Virus record (IMG/VR): IMGVR_UViG_3300003375_000118
Location: 1 to 26,819 of that record
Strand: one strand, 5' to 3'
From: a virus
Lineage: Duplodnaviria > Caudoviricetes
DNA length: 26,819 nt
Shown: one piece after another, positions 17,121 to 25,630 of the stretch
Position numbering within the stretch: the first letter of the stretch is position 1
Layout of the letters: every line of letters begins with the position of its first letter
The notes under the pieces: model-generated
Database searches by the model: none
Seen by the model: only the letters and a program-made list of their open reading frames with translations
Told to the model about the DNA's origin: nothing
Position numbers and translations under genes: made by a program

Positions 17121-17160
17121 TAAAAAAATAACCCCAAGATAATTAAACCTTGGGGTTATT
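17121..17160 (-). terminator. Rho-independent terminator after the major capsid gene
   Basis: AATAACCCCAAG / CTTGGGGTTATT stem followed by a U-tract on the minus strand. Confidence 0.85.
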
Positions 17161-17182
17161 CTGACTAACTATTTATTTAAAA

Positions 17183-18112
17183 TTACGTCAACACAACGAT
17201 TGCATTAGGATTACCTAGTGCCGTACCATAGATAGCCGTGGTACTTACTTGCCATTGACCCGTAGCTTGTAAATAACTAATACGAGCCTGAATACTAACA
17301 CCAGAACTTGGTTCGGATACAGTAGTAGCCTGAACAACACTGTTATTAACTTCAACGGGTGCTCTCATAGCCATTGCAAAACCTTGTTTATGTGTTGCAA
17401 TACCGAAGAGGTTGGGGAATCCAGAATTAGACTGAACGTTATAAGGAGAATCTTTCAATCCTGCATATACATATTCAGCAAAACCAGCAACACGATTTGC
17501 TTGGAATTCTTGAATTGCAGAGGTAGAACCATAGGTTAAATATGGATTCAATGCACCGATCAAACCATAGTGAGAATCAGGGCAGAGAATCAAAGTTCTA
17601 TCAGAACGAGGTACGAATTGTTTGTCTAAAACAGTAGCTAAATACGAAGCACTGTTGAAGTTTAATGATTGAGCATTAGTACCAATAGAGGAAGTAGTAA
17701 TGTAACCAGTAGTGGTTGCAAAACCCGAACCTGTATTAATGTTAGACATAACATCAACGGCAATGGTGTTAACCAAAGAGTCAATTTGTCCTGGCAAAAA
17801 TGTATTTAACAACACCTGAGGAGTTGCTGTTGCCCATTGCAATTCTGAAAAAGCATGAGTAACGTCTTTCTGTAAAAGAGTAATGGTAACGGCACTAGCA
17901 GAAGCTGCTTGTGAAGTATAACCATTGATATCGGTACGATTAGCAGTCAACGGAGTCGTTGCTAAACGTGTAGTGACACTCAAACCACCGTCGGCAACGG
18001 TAGGAGAGAAGTCGGTAGACCAAGCATTAAATAATGGTGCTTTGGCAATGAATTGTTTAAGGCTTTCTTGTGCATACACTTGAAGAAAACCACTTAGTGA
18101 ATTGGCTTGCAT
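17183..18112 (-). CDS. Major capsid protein (HK97 fold)
   Basis: 309 aa after protease and scaffold. LDKQFVPRSDRTLILCPD and C-terminal AIYGTALGNPNAIVVL are typical capsid motifs; a strong terminator follows. Confidence 0.85.
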   Translation of the reverse strand: MQANSLSGFLQVYAQESLKQFIAKAPLFNAWSTDFSPTVADGGLSVTTRLATTPLTANRTDINGYTSQAASASAVTITLLQKDVTHAFSELQWATATPQVLLNTFLPGQIDSLVNTIAVDVMSNINTGSGFATTTGYITTSSIGTNAQSLNFNSASYLATVLDKQFVPRSDRTLILCPDSHYGLIGALNPYLTYGSTSAIQEFQANRVAGFAEYVYAGLKDSPYNVQSNSGFPNLFGIATHKQGFAMAMRAPVEVNNSVVQATTVSEPSSGVSIQARISYLQATGQWQVSTTAIYGTALGNPNAIVVLT

Positions 18113-18135
18113 ATTTTATATATTTGTTTTAACTA

Positions 18136-18585
18136 TTAGAGATTGATTTTATTAACATTCATTGGTTTCAACATACTTTCCTGATTATGTTGCTTACTAA
18201 TTGCAGCTAATATTAGCTTTTCATTTTTGTTATAAAAAGCTGTTTTTTCGGCTCCCATTGCCATTTTCTCATACTGAGATAATGCAGCATCAGGAGATAG
18301 AAATTCTTTAGGGGTTGGTTCAGGTATTGTGTTAACACTAACCCCTATGTTGGCTAACTCAGTGTTAACTCTATTGTTAATGACTTTTGCAGTCACTTTG
18401 GTTTTTTCTTCAAGAAGACTTATTTTAGCAAGAAGACTTCTTTTTTCAACCATAAATTTTTCAATGACATCTTGTGCATCATTTAAGTCTCTTTCAGCAA
18501 GACTTTGTGCATTGATTGCAGTGTTCAAAGATTCCTGTAATGCTTTGATTTCACTGCCTTTTTTAAATACGTTTAAGATACTCAT
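18136..18585 (-). CDS. Putative scaffolding protein
   Basis: Coiled-coil protein between protease and capsid; ATG at 18585. Confidence 0.6.
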   Translation of the reverse strand: MSILNVFKKGSEIKALQESLNTAINAQSLAERDLNDAQDVIEKFMVEKRSLLAKISLLEEKTKVTAKVINNRVNTELANIGVSVNTIPEPTPKEFLSPDAALSQYEKMAMGAEKTAFYNKNEKLILAAISKQHNQESMLKPMNVNKINL

Positions 18586-18597
18586 ATACAATTTAAA

Positions 18598-18607
18598 ATA
18601 GTGTCTA
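18598..18607 (-). promoter_or_regulatory. TAGACACYA motif
   Basis: TAGACACTAT between the protease stop and the scaffold start. Confidence 0.65.
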
Positions 18608-19303
18608 TTATTTAATCATTTTCAAATACTCATCTAAATCTTGTACGATACAATCAATGAGATTAGCTTCCAATGCTTGTTTAGCACCGAACACTTGTCC
18701 TTGCATATTCTCATCTTTCACACCACCACGATTAGTAGATACAGTATTTTTAAACTTAGCATACTGCTCTTGTACACCGTCATCAACCCATTTCTTTTCA
18801 ACTTCTGTCATTTCTTTGAAGGGCATACCAAGAAGTTTATATAATCCACCGAAAAATGCATTGACCTTGATACCTTCTCTTTTTAATCTTTCAGAATGAT
18901 CTTCTATTAAAGAGAATACACCGATAGATCCAATTTCACTACTTGGTGTGGCAGCAAAACCATTACAGCACGATGCTAACCAATATGCAGCACTACCACA
19001 TAATGTATCACAGTAAGCTAGTATAGGTTTGTTTTTACCACATTCTAAAATGTAGTTACCGAGTTCTTCAATACCCGTTACTTGTCCACCGGGAGAATCA
19101 AAATCAAATATAATAGTTTTAATACTATCATCATTCATGGCTGCTGTTAATTCATCCGTTATGATCTCAACATCAATCATACCTTCATCATTATCACCAA
19201 CACCTTTAGCAAGTACACCTTGAACTCTTATAATAGAAACATCGTCTACCTTGTACATACAAGAAATAGACGATGGATCAAACTCATCATTAACACCATA
19301 CAT
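18608..19303 (-). CDS. S49-family (SppA / lambda gpC-like) prohead protease, catalytic part
   Basis: DFDSPGG, CGSAAYWLAS and GSIGV motifs. Confidence 0.9.
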   Translation of the reverse strand: MYGVNDEFDPSSISCMYKVDDVSIIRVQGVLAKGVGDNDEGMIDVEIITDELTAAMNDDSIKTIIFDFDSPGGQVTGIEELGNYILECGKNKPILAYCDTLCGSAAYWLASCCNGFAATPSSEIGSIGVFSLIEDHSERLKREGIKVNAFFGGLYKLLGMPFKEMTEVEKKWVDDGVQEQYAKFKNTVSTNRGGVKDENMQGQVFGAKQALEANLIDCIVQDLDEYLKMIK

Positions 19304-19329
19304 CTTTCTAGATGTTGATGCTTCTCTTT

Positions 19330-20013
19330 TTACTGGGAGTCTTCTACTTTTTTTTTAGAAGATTTAACAGGTGCTTTCTTAACGGTTTCCTCTTCAGCTT
19401 CTTCAGCAGCAGATTCTTCCTCAGCAGCATTGTTTTTACCTTCATCAGAGACAGGCTTACTATCTCCAACTTTCTTACCACCAGCAGCTAAATAACCTTT
19501 GTCATAACCACTTAAATAACCACAATCATATCCTTTAGAATACTCTTCAGAATAATCTTCATCAACTTTATTATCGGCAATGGCTTCTTCTTCCTCTGCT
19601 TCCTCAGCAGATTCTTCTTCACCATCTTCATCGGATTTATAAGGCACACCTTTTTTCTTATCGTTATAAACAGCTTTCTTTTTAGGTGATTTACCTTTTT
19701 CTTCTTCTTCAGCTTCTTCAGCAGATTCCTCTTCCTCTGCTTCACTATCTTCACTATCTTCATCTTGATATGGTGATTTCTTTTTGGTAGGGATCTTTTC
19801 AGATTTCTTAGGCATCTTACCCTTTTCCTCTTCCTCAGATTCCTCACTGTCTTCATCGGATTTATCCTGATAAGGTGCCTTAGCTTCTTCCTCATCGTTC
19901 TTAATAGGAACTCCAGGAGAACCAGGAAGTTTAGCCTTCATGTACTTATCAATGGCTTGAGGGCAAACCATCCACATATTTTTATCGTTATCGTTATCAA
20001 ATTTTGAGATCAT
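19330..20013 (-). CDS. Highly acidic repeat protein; probable N-terminal part of the protease via a -1 shift
   Basis: EEESAEEAEEEE and PYQD/PYKS repeats. A -1 shift in the A9 run at 19348-19356 reads without a stop into the protease ATG. Confidence 0.7.
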   Translation of the reverse strand: MISKFDNDNDKNMWMVCPQAIDKYMKAKLPGSPGVPIKNDEEEAKAPYQDKSDEDSEESEEEEKGKMPKKSEKIPTKKKSPYQDEDSEDSEAEEEESAEEAEEEEKGKSPKKKAVYNDKKKGVPYKSDEDGEEESAEEAEEEEAIADNKVDEDYSEEYSKGYDCGYLSGYDKGYLAAGGKKVGDSKPVSDEGKNNAAEEESAAEEAEEETVKKAPVKSSKKKVEDSQ

Positions 20014-20039
20014 ATATATATTTTCCTATACTTTTTATT

Positions 20040-20049
20040 TTAGTGTCTA
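20040..20049 (-). promoter_or_regulatory. TAGACACYA motif
   Basis: TAGACACTAA between the portal stop and the ATG at 20013. Confidence 0.6.
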
Positions 20050-20053
20050 TTTT

Positions 20054-21682
20054 TTATTCATTGTTATTACCATCCGGTACAGATGATATGGTGAAGCTAC
20101 TATTACCTCTTTGTGTTATGAGGTTTAATATCACATTTTTATCCATGTCTTTGTGTTGTGCAGACAATTGGTCTACCACATTTAACAGATTATTGGTTTC
20201 TTTTACTCTTTCATTCATAATTCTTTCAGAATCAATACCTTGACTTTCTGAAATACTACCAAGTGATGTTAATCCAAGCTTATAATTTTCAATCATATTC
20301 TTATTATCATAACCAGAATCAATACTGAATTGTGCTGGCATTGTAAATTCCGTGCAATTATATACATTTTCGTCTGTATTAGGTAAGTAACCAAGTTCAA
20401 TAGCATTACTTAATGCCCATGCCACGAATAACTTAGCATATTTACATAGTAATTGCTGACGAGATACCACGTTCTTTCTCACCATTTCTGTAATTGCATA
20501 AGCACTACGACCCGTTATTTTATCACTACTGTATATTAATTGATGGGGATAACCAATAGCCGATAACAAAGCCGTTTCAATTCTATTCATATAGGATTGA
20601 ATTTCCTCTGATGGTCTCTGACTACGAAATGATTTAACATCATTACCTTCTTTAATATAACGTTCCGTACTGCCTTGCTGTACATTAATAGCATGTGTCG
20701 TTGGTGATGGTACTGTTCCTGGAATACCACCAATGATATTACTTTGACCATTAACTTGAGCAGCAGCTTGAGCCTGTATAGACTCTAATAAATTACTATA
20801 TTCTTGAGGTGCTTCACCACTATCATTGATGTTTAATACGGCAATAGTAGATTCAAGTTTCAATGTTTCCATTAAATATTGATCTAATTCCTGTAGAGAA
20901 AGACCATATAACACACCTGCATATAATGCTGGTAAACCTCTATATTTATCAAAATATTGTGGGGAGAATATTAATTTAGCATTACGTAGTGATACGTACG
21001 TAGTATTAGATACTGTACCTTGTGCAATGAAATTACCGACTGTATTACCAATGGATAGGTAACATGGTTTCATGTTTTCATCAAATAATACACCGTCATA
21101 ACATGAATATGATTTACCATCAACTTCAACGGCATCTCCACCATCAGCATTATTCGTAATTCTTTCTGTATTAACAACTTGTAATAGAGGCCAACCTTCA
21201 TTATCTTTTGTAAATATAACGGCAAGATCACCATCAATATCTAATGTTTTGCTCATGAGACGTATAATAGTCTTAAAATCATATGTACTACCTCTTGTAT
21301 TGCATCTATTATACCACGTATCATTTATAAATGATTCAGCAGCTTCTTTAAATTTTAAATCTTTACCTGTATATTTAAACTCCCAATGATCACCAACAAC
21401 TAAATTAGCCTTAGCATCACTTGCCACATTAAATATGGGAAATTGTGCAAATAACTCACGAGATAAACGTACGACCTGCTCACGACTGAGTTTATCAATA
21501 CCCGTTTCATTACCAGATAATGTATAGAATCTCGGACGAAACTTACCTGCATTCTGAAATGACATGGGATTTGGTAATAGACCCATGGCATTTTTCTTTG
21601 GTGGTAGTGTGACATTAATATTATTAACGATCTTCGTTGCCTTAGTTGATGCTTTTCTATTTGATGATTTCTTCGTAGCCAT
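20054..21682 (-). CDS. Portal protein, lambda family
   Basis: 542 aa after terL/gpW; lambda-portal-like SRELFAQFP, DIDGDL and KYRGLP motifs. Confidence 0.85.
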   Translation of the reverse strand: MATKKSSNRKASTKATKIVNNINVTLPPKKNAMGLLPNPMSFQNAGKFRPRFYTLSGNETGIDKLSREQVVRLSRELFAQFPIFNVASDAKANLVVGDHWEFKYTGKDLKFKEAAESFINDTWYNRCNTRGSTYDFKTIIRLMSKTLDIDGDLAVIFTKDNEGWPLLQVVNTERITNNADGGDAVEVDGKSYSCYDGVLFDENMKPCYLSIGNTVGNFIAQGTVSNTTYVSLRNAKLIFSPQYFDKYRGLPALYAGVLYGLSLQELDQYLMETLKLESTIAVLNINDSGEAPQEYSNLLESIQAQAAAQVNGQSNIIGGIPGTVPSPTTHAINVQQGSTERYIKEGNDVKSFRSQRPSEEIQSYMNRIETALLSAIGYPHQLIYSSDKITGRSAYAITEMVRKNVVSRQQLLCKYAKLFVAWALSNAIELGYLPNTDENVYNCTEFTMPAQFSIDSGYDNKNMIENYKLGLTSLGSISESQGIDSERIMNERVKETNNLLNVVDQLSAQHKDMDKNVILNLITQRGNSSFTISSVPDGNNNE

Positions 21683-21698
21683 ATAGATAAATAATTAA

Positions 21699-21965
21699 TT
21701 AAACGTAGTAAGGACGAGATGTAGATGAAATAGGTCCATATTTAGCAGGATTCATTTGCTTTAAACAATAACGACTTTCTGCTAATACTTGATCAACGGG
21801 TAATGTAAACTTTCTTTTATATTCTGTTCCTTCACCATTATACTCGAGAATGGTTTTTCCTTCCAATACAAGTTGTAATGCTACTGCCCTAATTGCTAAA
21901 ATAGCCGATTCTGTATCAATAATTGGATCAAATAGCATCCCACGGGTAATATTATTTTTGCTCAT
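21699..21965 (-). CDS. gpW-like head-to-tail joining protein
   Basis: 88 aa between terL and portal, the lambda gpW position. Confidence 0.55.
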   Translation of the reverse strand: MSKNNITRGMLFDPIIDTESAILAIRAVALQLVLEGKTILEYNGEGTEYKRKFTLPVDQVLAESRYCLKQMNPAKYGPISSTSRPYYV

Positions 21966-21993
21966 ATATAAATTAAGTTGACTTTCTAATATT

Positions 21994-23835
21994 TCAGATG
22001 GTGTCTAATTCTATGGGTTTTTCAATTTGACCTGTATTATATGCTCCTGCCATGATAGCCATCGTTAAATTCATACATTCACAATCCCAATAATGGTTAT
22101 TTTCATTGATTTTAACAAACTTTTGCTTTGTTGTATTCGTTTTCATATCAATAAAGTCTTTTAAAACTTCACTGTGCATTTGTTCTATATAAACTTTATC
22201 GGATACATCAGCCATCCATCTGTAAGATTCAATCTTATTATCACGTAAATTAGCTAATATAGTCTTGATACTATCACCGGCCCATAGATATAATCTTGCA
22301 TTTATACCTTTGAATTTATGACCATAACCAAAATTAGGATCACCTTTGACTTCCTGTGAATAGTACTTATATGATTCATCTTTATGTTTGTATGCTACTT
22401 TATCGTTACCTTTGAAACATAACCATGTAGCATATATTCTATTTTTACCCACTACCATTAATTGTCCATGTTGAATACTAGCTGCATATACCTCTGTAGC
22501 TTGATATCCACTGTCTACACCAATACAATATGGTGGTAATTTATATTCTTTAGCCAGTTCTGCTATTTCTTCCCAGTTCGTAACATAACCTCTCTTTAAT
22601 AATCTACTTTCATTAGTTTTATTACTCCATGCTCTTATAACATAATATCTTACACCATTGATCTTTTGATAATCCACACTCATGAATCTATGTGTTTCAT
22701 CAGCCCATGTTTCATCTTTTTTCGTTACATAATTCAGTATACGTGGTGCTTCAATTACACCTTGCTTATCCCATTCTTTTCCAAGCACTTGCTGTACAAA
22801 TAACTTATATGTATCATCATTACCCGTTCTTTTAAATATATTGATACTTTCAAGATATTGCATGGTCATTTGTTTAAATGATATTGTAGGATTGACAAAT
22901 GCACTCCACATGAATGTAACGTTTTCAGAGTTACCATCTTTTGTTTTAACATATGTTCCATTTTCATTTAAATATCTACGATTGTCATATGTATCAATTA
23001 TCTCTCCATGACAATTAGCACACACTAATCTACTACTTTCAGCAGTACCATCCATATCAAATGTACCATCTTTTCTTAATTTTTTATCGTAAACCATTCC
23101 ATATTTTTTACCATCTTTAACTCCATACCATACATAAGGTTGTATGGCTGAACAGTGTTTACATTTATAGAACCATTCATATACTTCACTTTTATTTATT
23201 TCATTGGATGTATCATCACCGACTACTCCTGGTTGAGAACTAATGAATATCTTCTTTGTATTATTAAAGGCTGTCGTACGAGCTTTTGCTTTGGCAATAA
23301 CACCTGCATCCATTAACCATGTTTCATCCATGAACAGATATTTAATAGATAAACTGTGTAGATTATTCTCACTGCCACCACAACATTTAATGGCCATATG
23401 TGGAAATACTATACCACTCTTACGAGCCTGAAATCTATCATTTTCTAATAATGCATTGATCTTTTTATTATTTTTTAATAGTGGAATTAAACGAGTCTCC
23501 GTCATATGTTTTGCAACGTCATCGTTTTGATTTAGACATAGAATTGGACCCGGCTCCAATAATATGATATAAGGTATCATTAATTCACGAGTCATAGTCT
23601 TACCCGTTTGTGTTGCAGCAATACAGTTTACTTGTCTTATCATTGGTTTTAATAGATAATCCATGGGCATCTTAAGATAAGGACTATTATCAATATTAAA
23701 TGAACCTTGTATGGCATATGCCGTGGGTAAATTAACATTATCTTTAGCCCAATCATACAACGTACCTGTATATACCGATGATAGATTATCACCGAAACTC
23801 TTAATTGCAATATCAATCCACGTAGTTTCTTTCAT
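21994..23835 (-). CDS. terL: Terminase large subunit, GpA family
   Basis: Walker A AATQTGKT, Walker B YLFMDE, CKHC...CANC, and nuclease motifs MSVD, VDSGY, NHYWDC. Confidence 0.93.
   Translation of the reverse strand: MKETTWIDIAIKSFGDNLSSVYTGTLYDWAKDNVNLPTAYAIQGSFNIDNSPYLKMPMDYLLKPMIRQVNCIAATQTGKTMTRELMIPYIILLEPGPILCLNQNDDVAKHMTETRLIPLLKNNKKINALLENDRFQARKSGIVFPHMAIKCCGGSENNLHSLSIKYLFMDETWLMDAGVIAKAKARTTAFNNTKKIFISSQPGVVGDDTSNEINKSEVYEWFYKCKHCSAIQPYVWYGVKDGKKYGMVYDKKLRKDGTFDMDGTAESSRLVCANCHGEIIDTYDNRRYLNENGTYVKTKDGNSENVTFMWSAFVNPTISFKQMTMQYLESINIFKRTGNDDTYKLFVQQVLGKEWDKQGVIEAPRILNYVTKKDETWADETHRFMSVDYQKINGVRYYVIRAWSNKTNESRLLKRGYVTNWEEIAELAKEYKLPPYCIGVDSGYQATEVYAASIQHGQLMVVGKNRIYATWLCFKGNDKVAYKHKDESYKYYSQEVKGDPNFGYGHKFKGINARLYLWAGDSIKTILANLRDNKIESYRWMADVSDKVYIEQMHSEVLKDFIDMKTNTTKQKFVKINENNHYWDCECMNLTMAIMAGAYNTGQIEKPIELDTI
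21998..22007 (-). promoter_or_regulatory. TAGACACYA motif (inside the last codons of terL)
   Basis: TAGACACCAT about 32 nt upstream of the gpW-like ATG. Confidence 0.55.
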
Positions 23836-24098
23836 GATTGTTCAAGATGTAATGATATTGCAGTATGATTAGATTCACCGATGTCTTTCTGATATATTGT
23901 ATTTAGTATATATTTATTATCTATTAGTTTATATACCAATAGGAACTCATCAACTTTTCTTAAACCATAACCATGAGGCTGTAGTTCTGATACTATACGA
24001 GTATTAATATAATACACATCTTTATCTGTATTAATACCAAAACTATCTACAGTTGTATTTATTAACTCATTATATTTTTCTTTACTTATTTCTTTCAT
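23832..24098 (-). CDS. Hypothetical protein between terS and terL
   Basis: Likely start at 24098 (MKEISK); ATGA overlaps with both the terS stop and the terL start. Confidence 0.65.
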   Translation of the reverse strand: MKEISKEKYNELINTTVDSFGINTDKDVYYINTRIVSELQPHGYGLRKVDEFLLVYKLIDNKYILNTIYQKDIGESNHTAISLHLEQS

Positions 24099-24655
24099 TT
24101 TTTTACCTCGGGATTCCAATCATCTATATTCTTTTTTAATATACTAATGACATCATTAATTGCACCTTTACAAATGTATCTTATTTCTTCTTCACTTTTA
24201 CCAACGGTCAATGGTGGTAATTCTTTAATTATTTTTGACGTCAATACACCATTTAATTGTAATGCTAATACCGTCATAAACTTATTAATTTCAGCAATTG
24301 GTATATTCTCTTTTCTCATCTGAGATATATCCAATTCTTTTCGTATGCATTCCAATTCAATCTTTCTCTTCTTTAGTTCACCAATAGTATCTTCTTTATC
24401 CTGTTCACTTTCCTCTGCCATTTTCTTAATGAGTTCAATATTAGATTCATATTGTGGTTTTAATATACTCCAATGAATTCTGTTATCTTTTTCAAAGCCG
24501 TTAAAATTAAGATCTCTACATATACGAATATGTTGCACGGGTATACCTTCTATCTTTGATAAGCTTTTCATACTACGATGAGTATCACCGACAGGTCTTG
24601 CCTGTTCATAATACTTTAACCCTTTAATTTCTACACTACTTGATATTTCACTCAT
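24095..24655 (-). CDS. terS: Terminase small subunit (Nu1-like)
   Basis: First gene of the operon; N-terminal HTH-like part and a Nu1-like coiled coil ELKKRKIELECIRKELDISQMRKENIPIAEI. Confidence 0.7.
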   Translation of the reverse strand: MSEISSSVEIKGLKYYEQARPVGDTHRSMKSLSKIEGIPVQHIRICRDLNFNGFEKDNRIHWSILKPQYESNIELIKKMAEESEQDKEDTIGELKKRKIELECIRKELDISQMRKENIPIAEINKFMTVLALQLNGVLTSKIIKELPPLTVGKSEEEIRYICKGAINDVISILKKNIDDWNPEVKK

Positions 24656-24689
24656 ATCTTATAAATATGAAATAAAAATATCAAAAAGC

Positions 24690-24790
24690 AAATTAAAACC
24701 ACTAACCCATCCCTACATTCACAAATATCATCTATCGTAGCTAGTAACACATCTGATATATCAATACCCATCATCAACAACACTAAATCA
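24690..24790. repeat. Inverted repeat, right copy
   Basis: Exact reverse complement of 1-101. Confidence 0.97.
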
Positions 24791-24815
24791 GATAACAACA
24801 TAGTAAGTTAAATAT

Positions 24816-25346
24816 ATGAGAAACAATAAAAAAGCCAAATCTACTAAAAATAGAAACAATAATAGTAACACTCTATCATCACTATATAATAATCATAATG
24901 ATCTAACATACACCATCGTACGACATATACAATTATTACTGATTAATAATTCTAAACTAACACTACAATCACTATATCTATTATCACCCTTCTCACCATC
25001 TCAGATACGATACTACTATGAGTTAATACCATTAATGAAATATTCTAAGGAACTTCCACCTGAGTATTTATACGAATTAAGAAACTTTGGGGTCAAACAA
25101 AATAATAGTAATAATAAATACATACATTCAGCATTATCATACTATACTAATAATAAACCAACTATATCAGCATTTCGAAAATATATACGATCTACATTAT
25201 CACCATATACTAGTACAGATAAAATAAAAATTAAAAATAGTAAATTAAATAAAAACCTCTACTTCATTAAGAGACAACTTAATAATCCTGATAATAGAGA
25301 TCTAATACTAAGCAGTATACACAGTCATGATGATAAAACACAGTAA
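24816..25346 (+). CDS. Basic hypothetical protein
   Basis: 176 aa, Lys/Asn-rich; starts 4 nt after the TAA (24809-24811) that would end the lipoprotein frame. Confidence 0.6.
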   Translation: MRNNKKAKSTKNRNNNSNTLSSLYNNHNDLTYTIVRHIQLLLINNSKLTLQSLYLLSPFSPSQIRYYYELIPLMKYSKELPPEYLYELRNFGVKQNNSNNKYIHSALSYYTNNKPTISAFRKYIRSTLSPYTSTDKIKIKNSKLNKNLYFIKRQLNNPDNRDLILSSIHSHDDKTQ

Positions 25347-25417
25347 TAAGCACAGTGAGTGGATAGACAGTGAATGGTATATCATATGGTTATTACTAGC
25401 ACGTAGTAAGTAAGTAA

Positions 25418-25446
25418 TTGACTTCTATGGTAAAGTAATATATATT
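25418..25446 (+). promoter_or_regulatory. Sigma70-type promoter upstream of hairpin repeat D
   Basis: TTGACT (25418-25423), 17-nt spacer, TATATT (25441-25446). Confidence 0.55.
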
Positions 25447-25455
25447 AATAGTATA

Positions 25456-25491
25456 GTGCTGATAACATTACGATATGTTTATCAATTACAC
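25456..25491 (+). ncRNA. 36-nt hairpin repeat, copy D
   Basis: GTGCTGATAACATTACGATATGTTTATCAATTACAC; CAT/ATG replaces CGT/ACG (compensatory change). Confidence 0.65.
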
Positions 25492-25517
25492 TAATATGAA
25501 TATCTATGTCACGTACG

Positions 25518-25630
25518 TAATGTCAAGACTAATACTTTTTATAATTTTGGATGTATAAATTTTTGTAATTATAAAATTATAATGTCAAGTCTAATACTTT
25601 TTATAATTTTGGATGTATAAATTTCTGTAA
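25518..25630. repeat. Direct repeat, 2 x 51 bp (period 62)
   Basis: 25518-25568 and 25580-25630 differ at 2 positions. Confidence 0.9.

Noticed and set aside
4261-23431. Short antisense or alternate-frame ORFs nested in structural genes (e.g. 4261-4581, 7955-8221, 12307-12750, 16398-16733, 18329-18601, 19512-19895, 23243-23431)
   Set aside because: Fully overlap long, well-supported CDSs and have shadow-frame composition.
2937-25491. Calling the 36-nt units a CRISPR or TIGR array
   Set aside because: The copies are solitary, kilobases apart and diverged in sequence, and no cas or Tas gene is recognisable.
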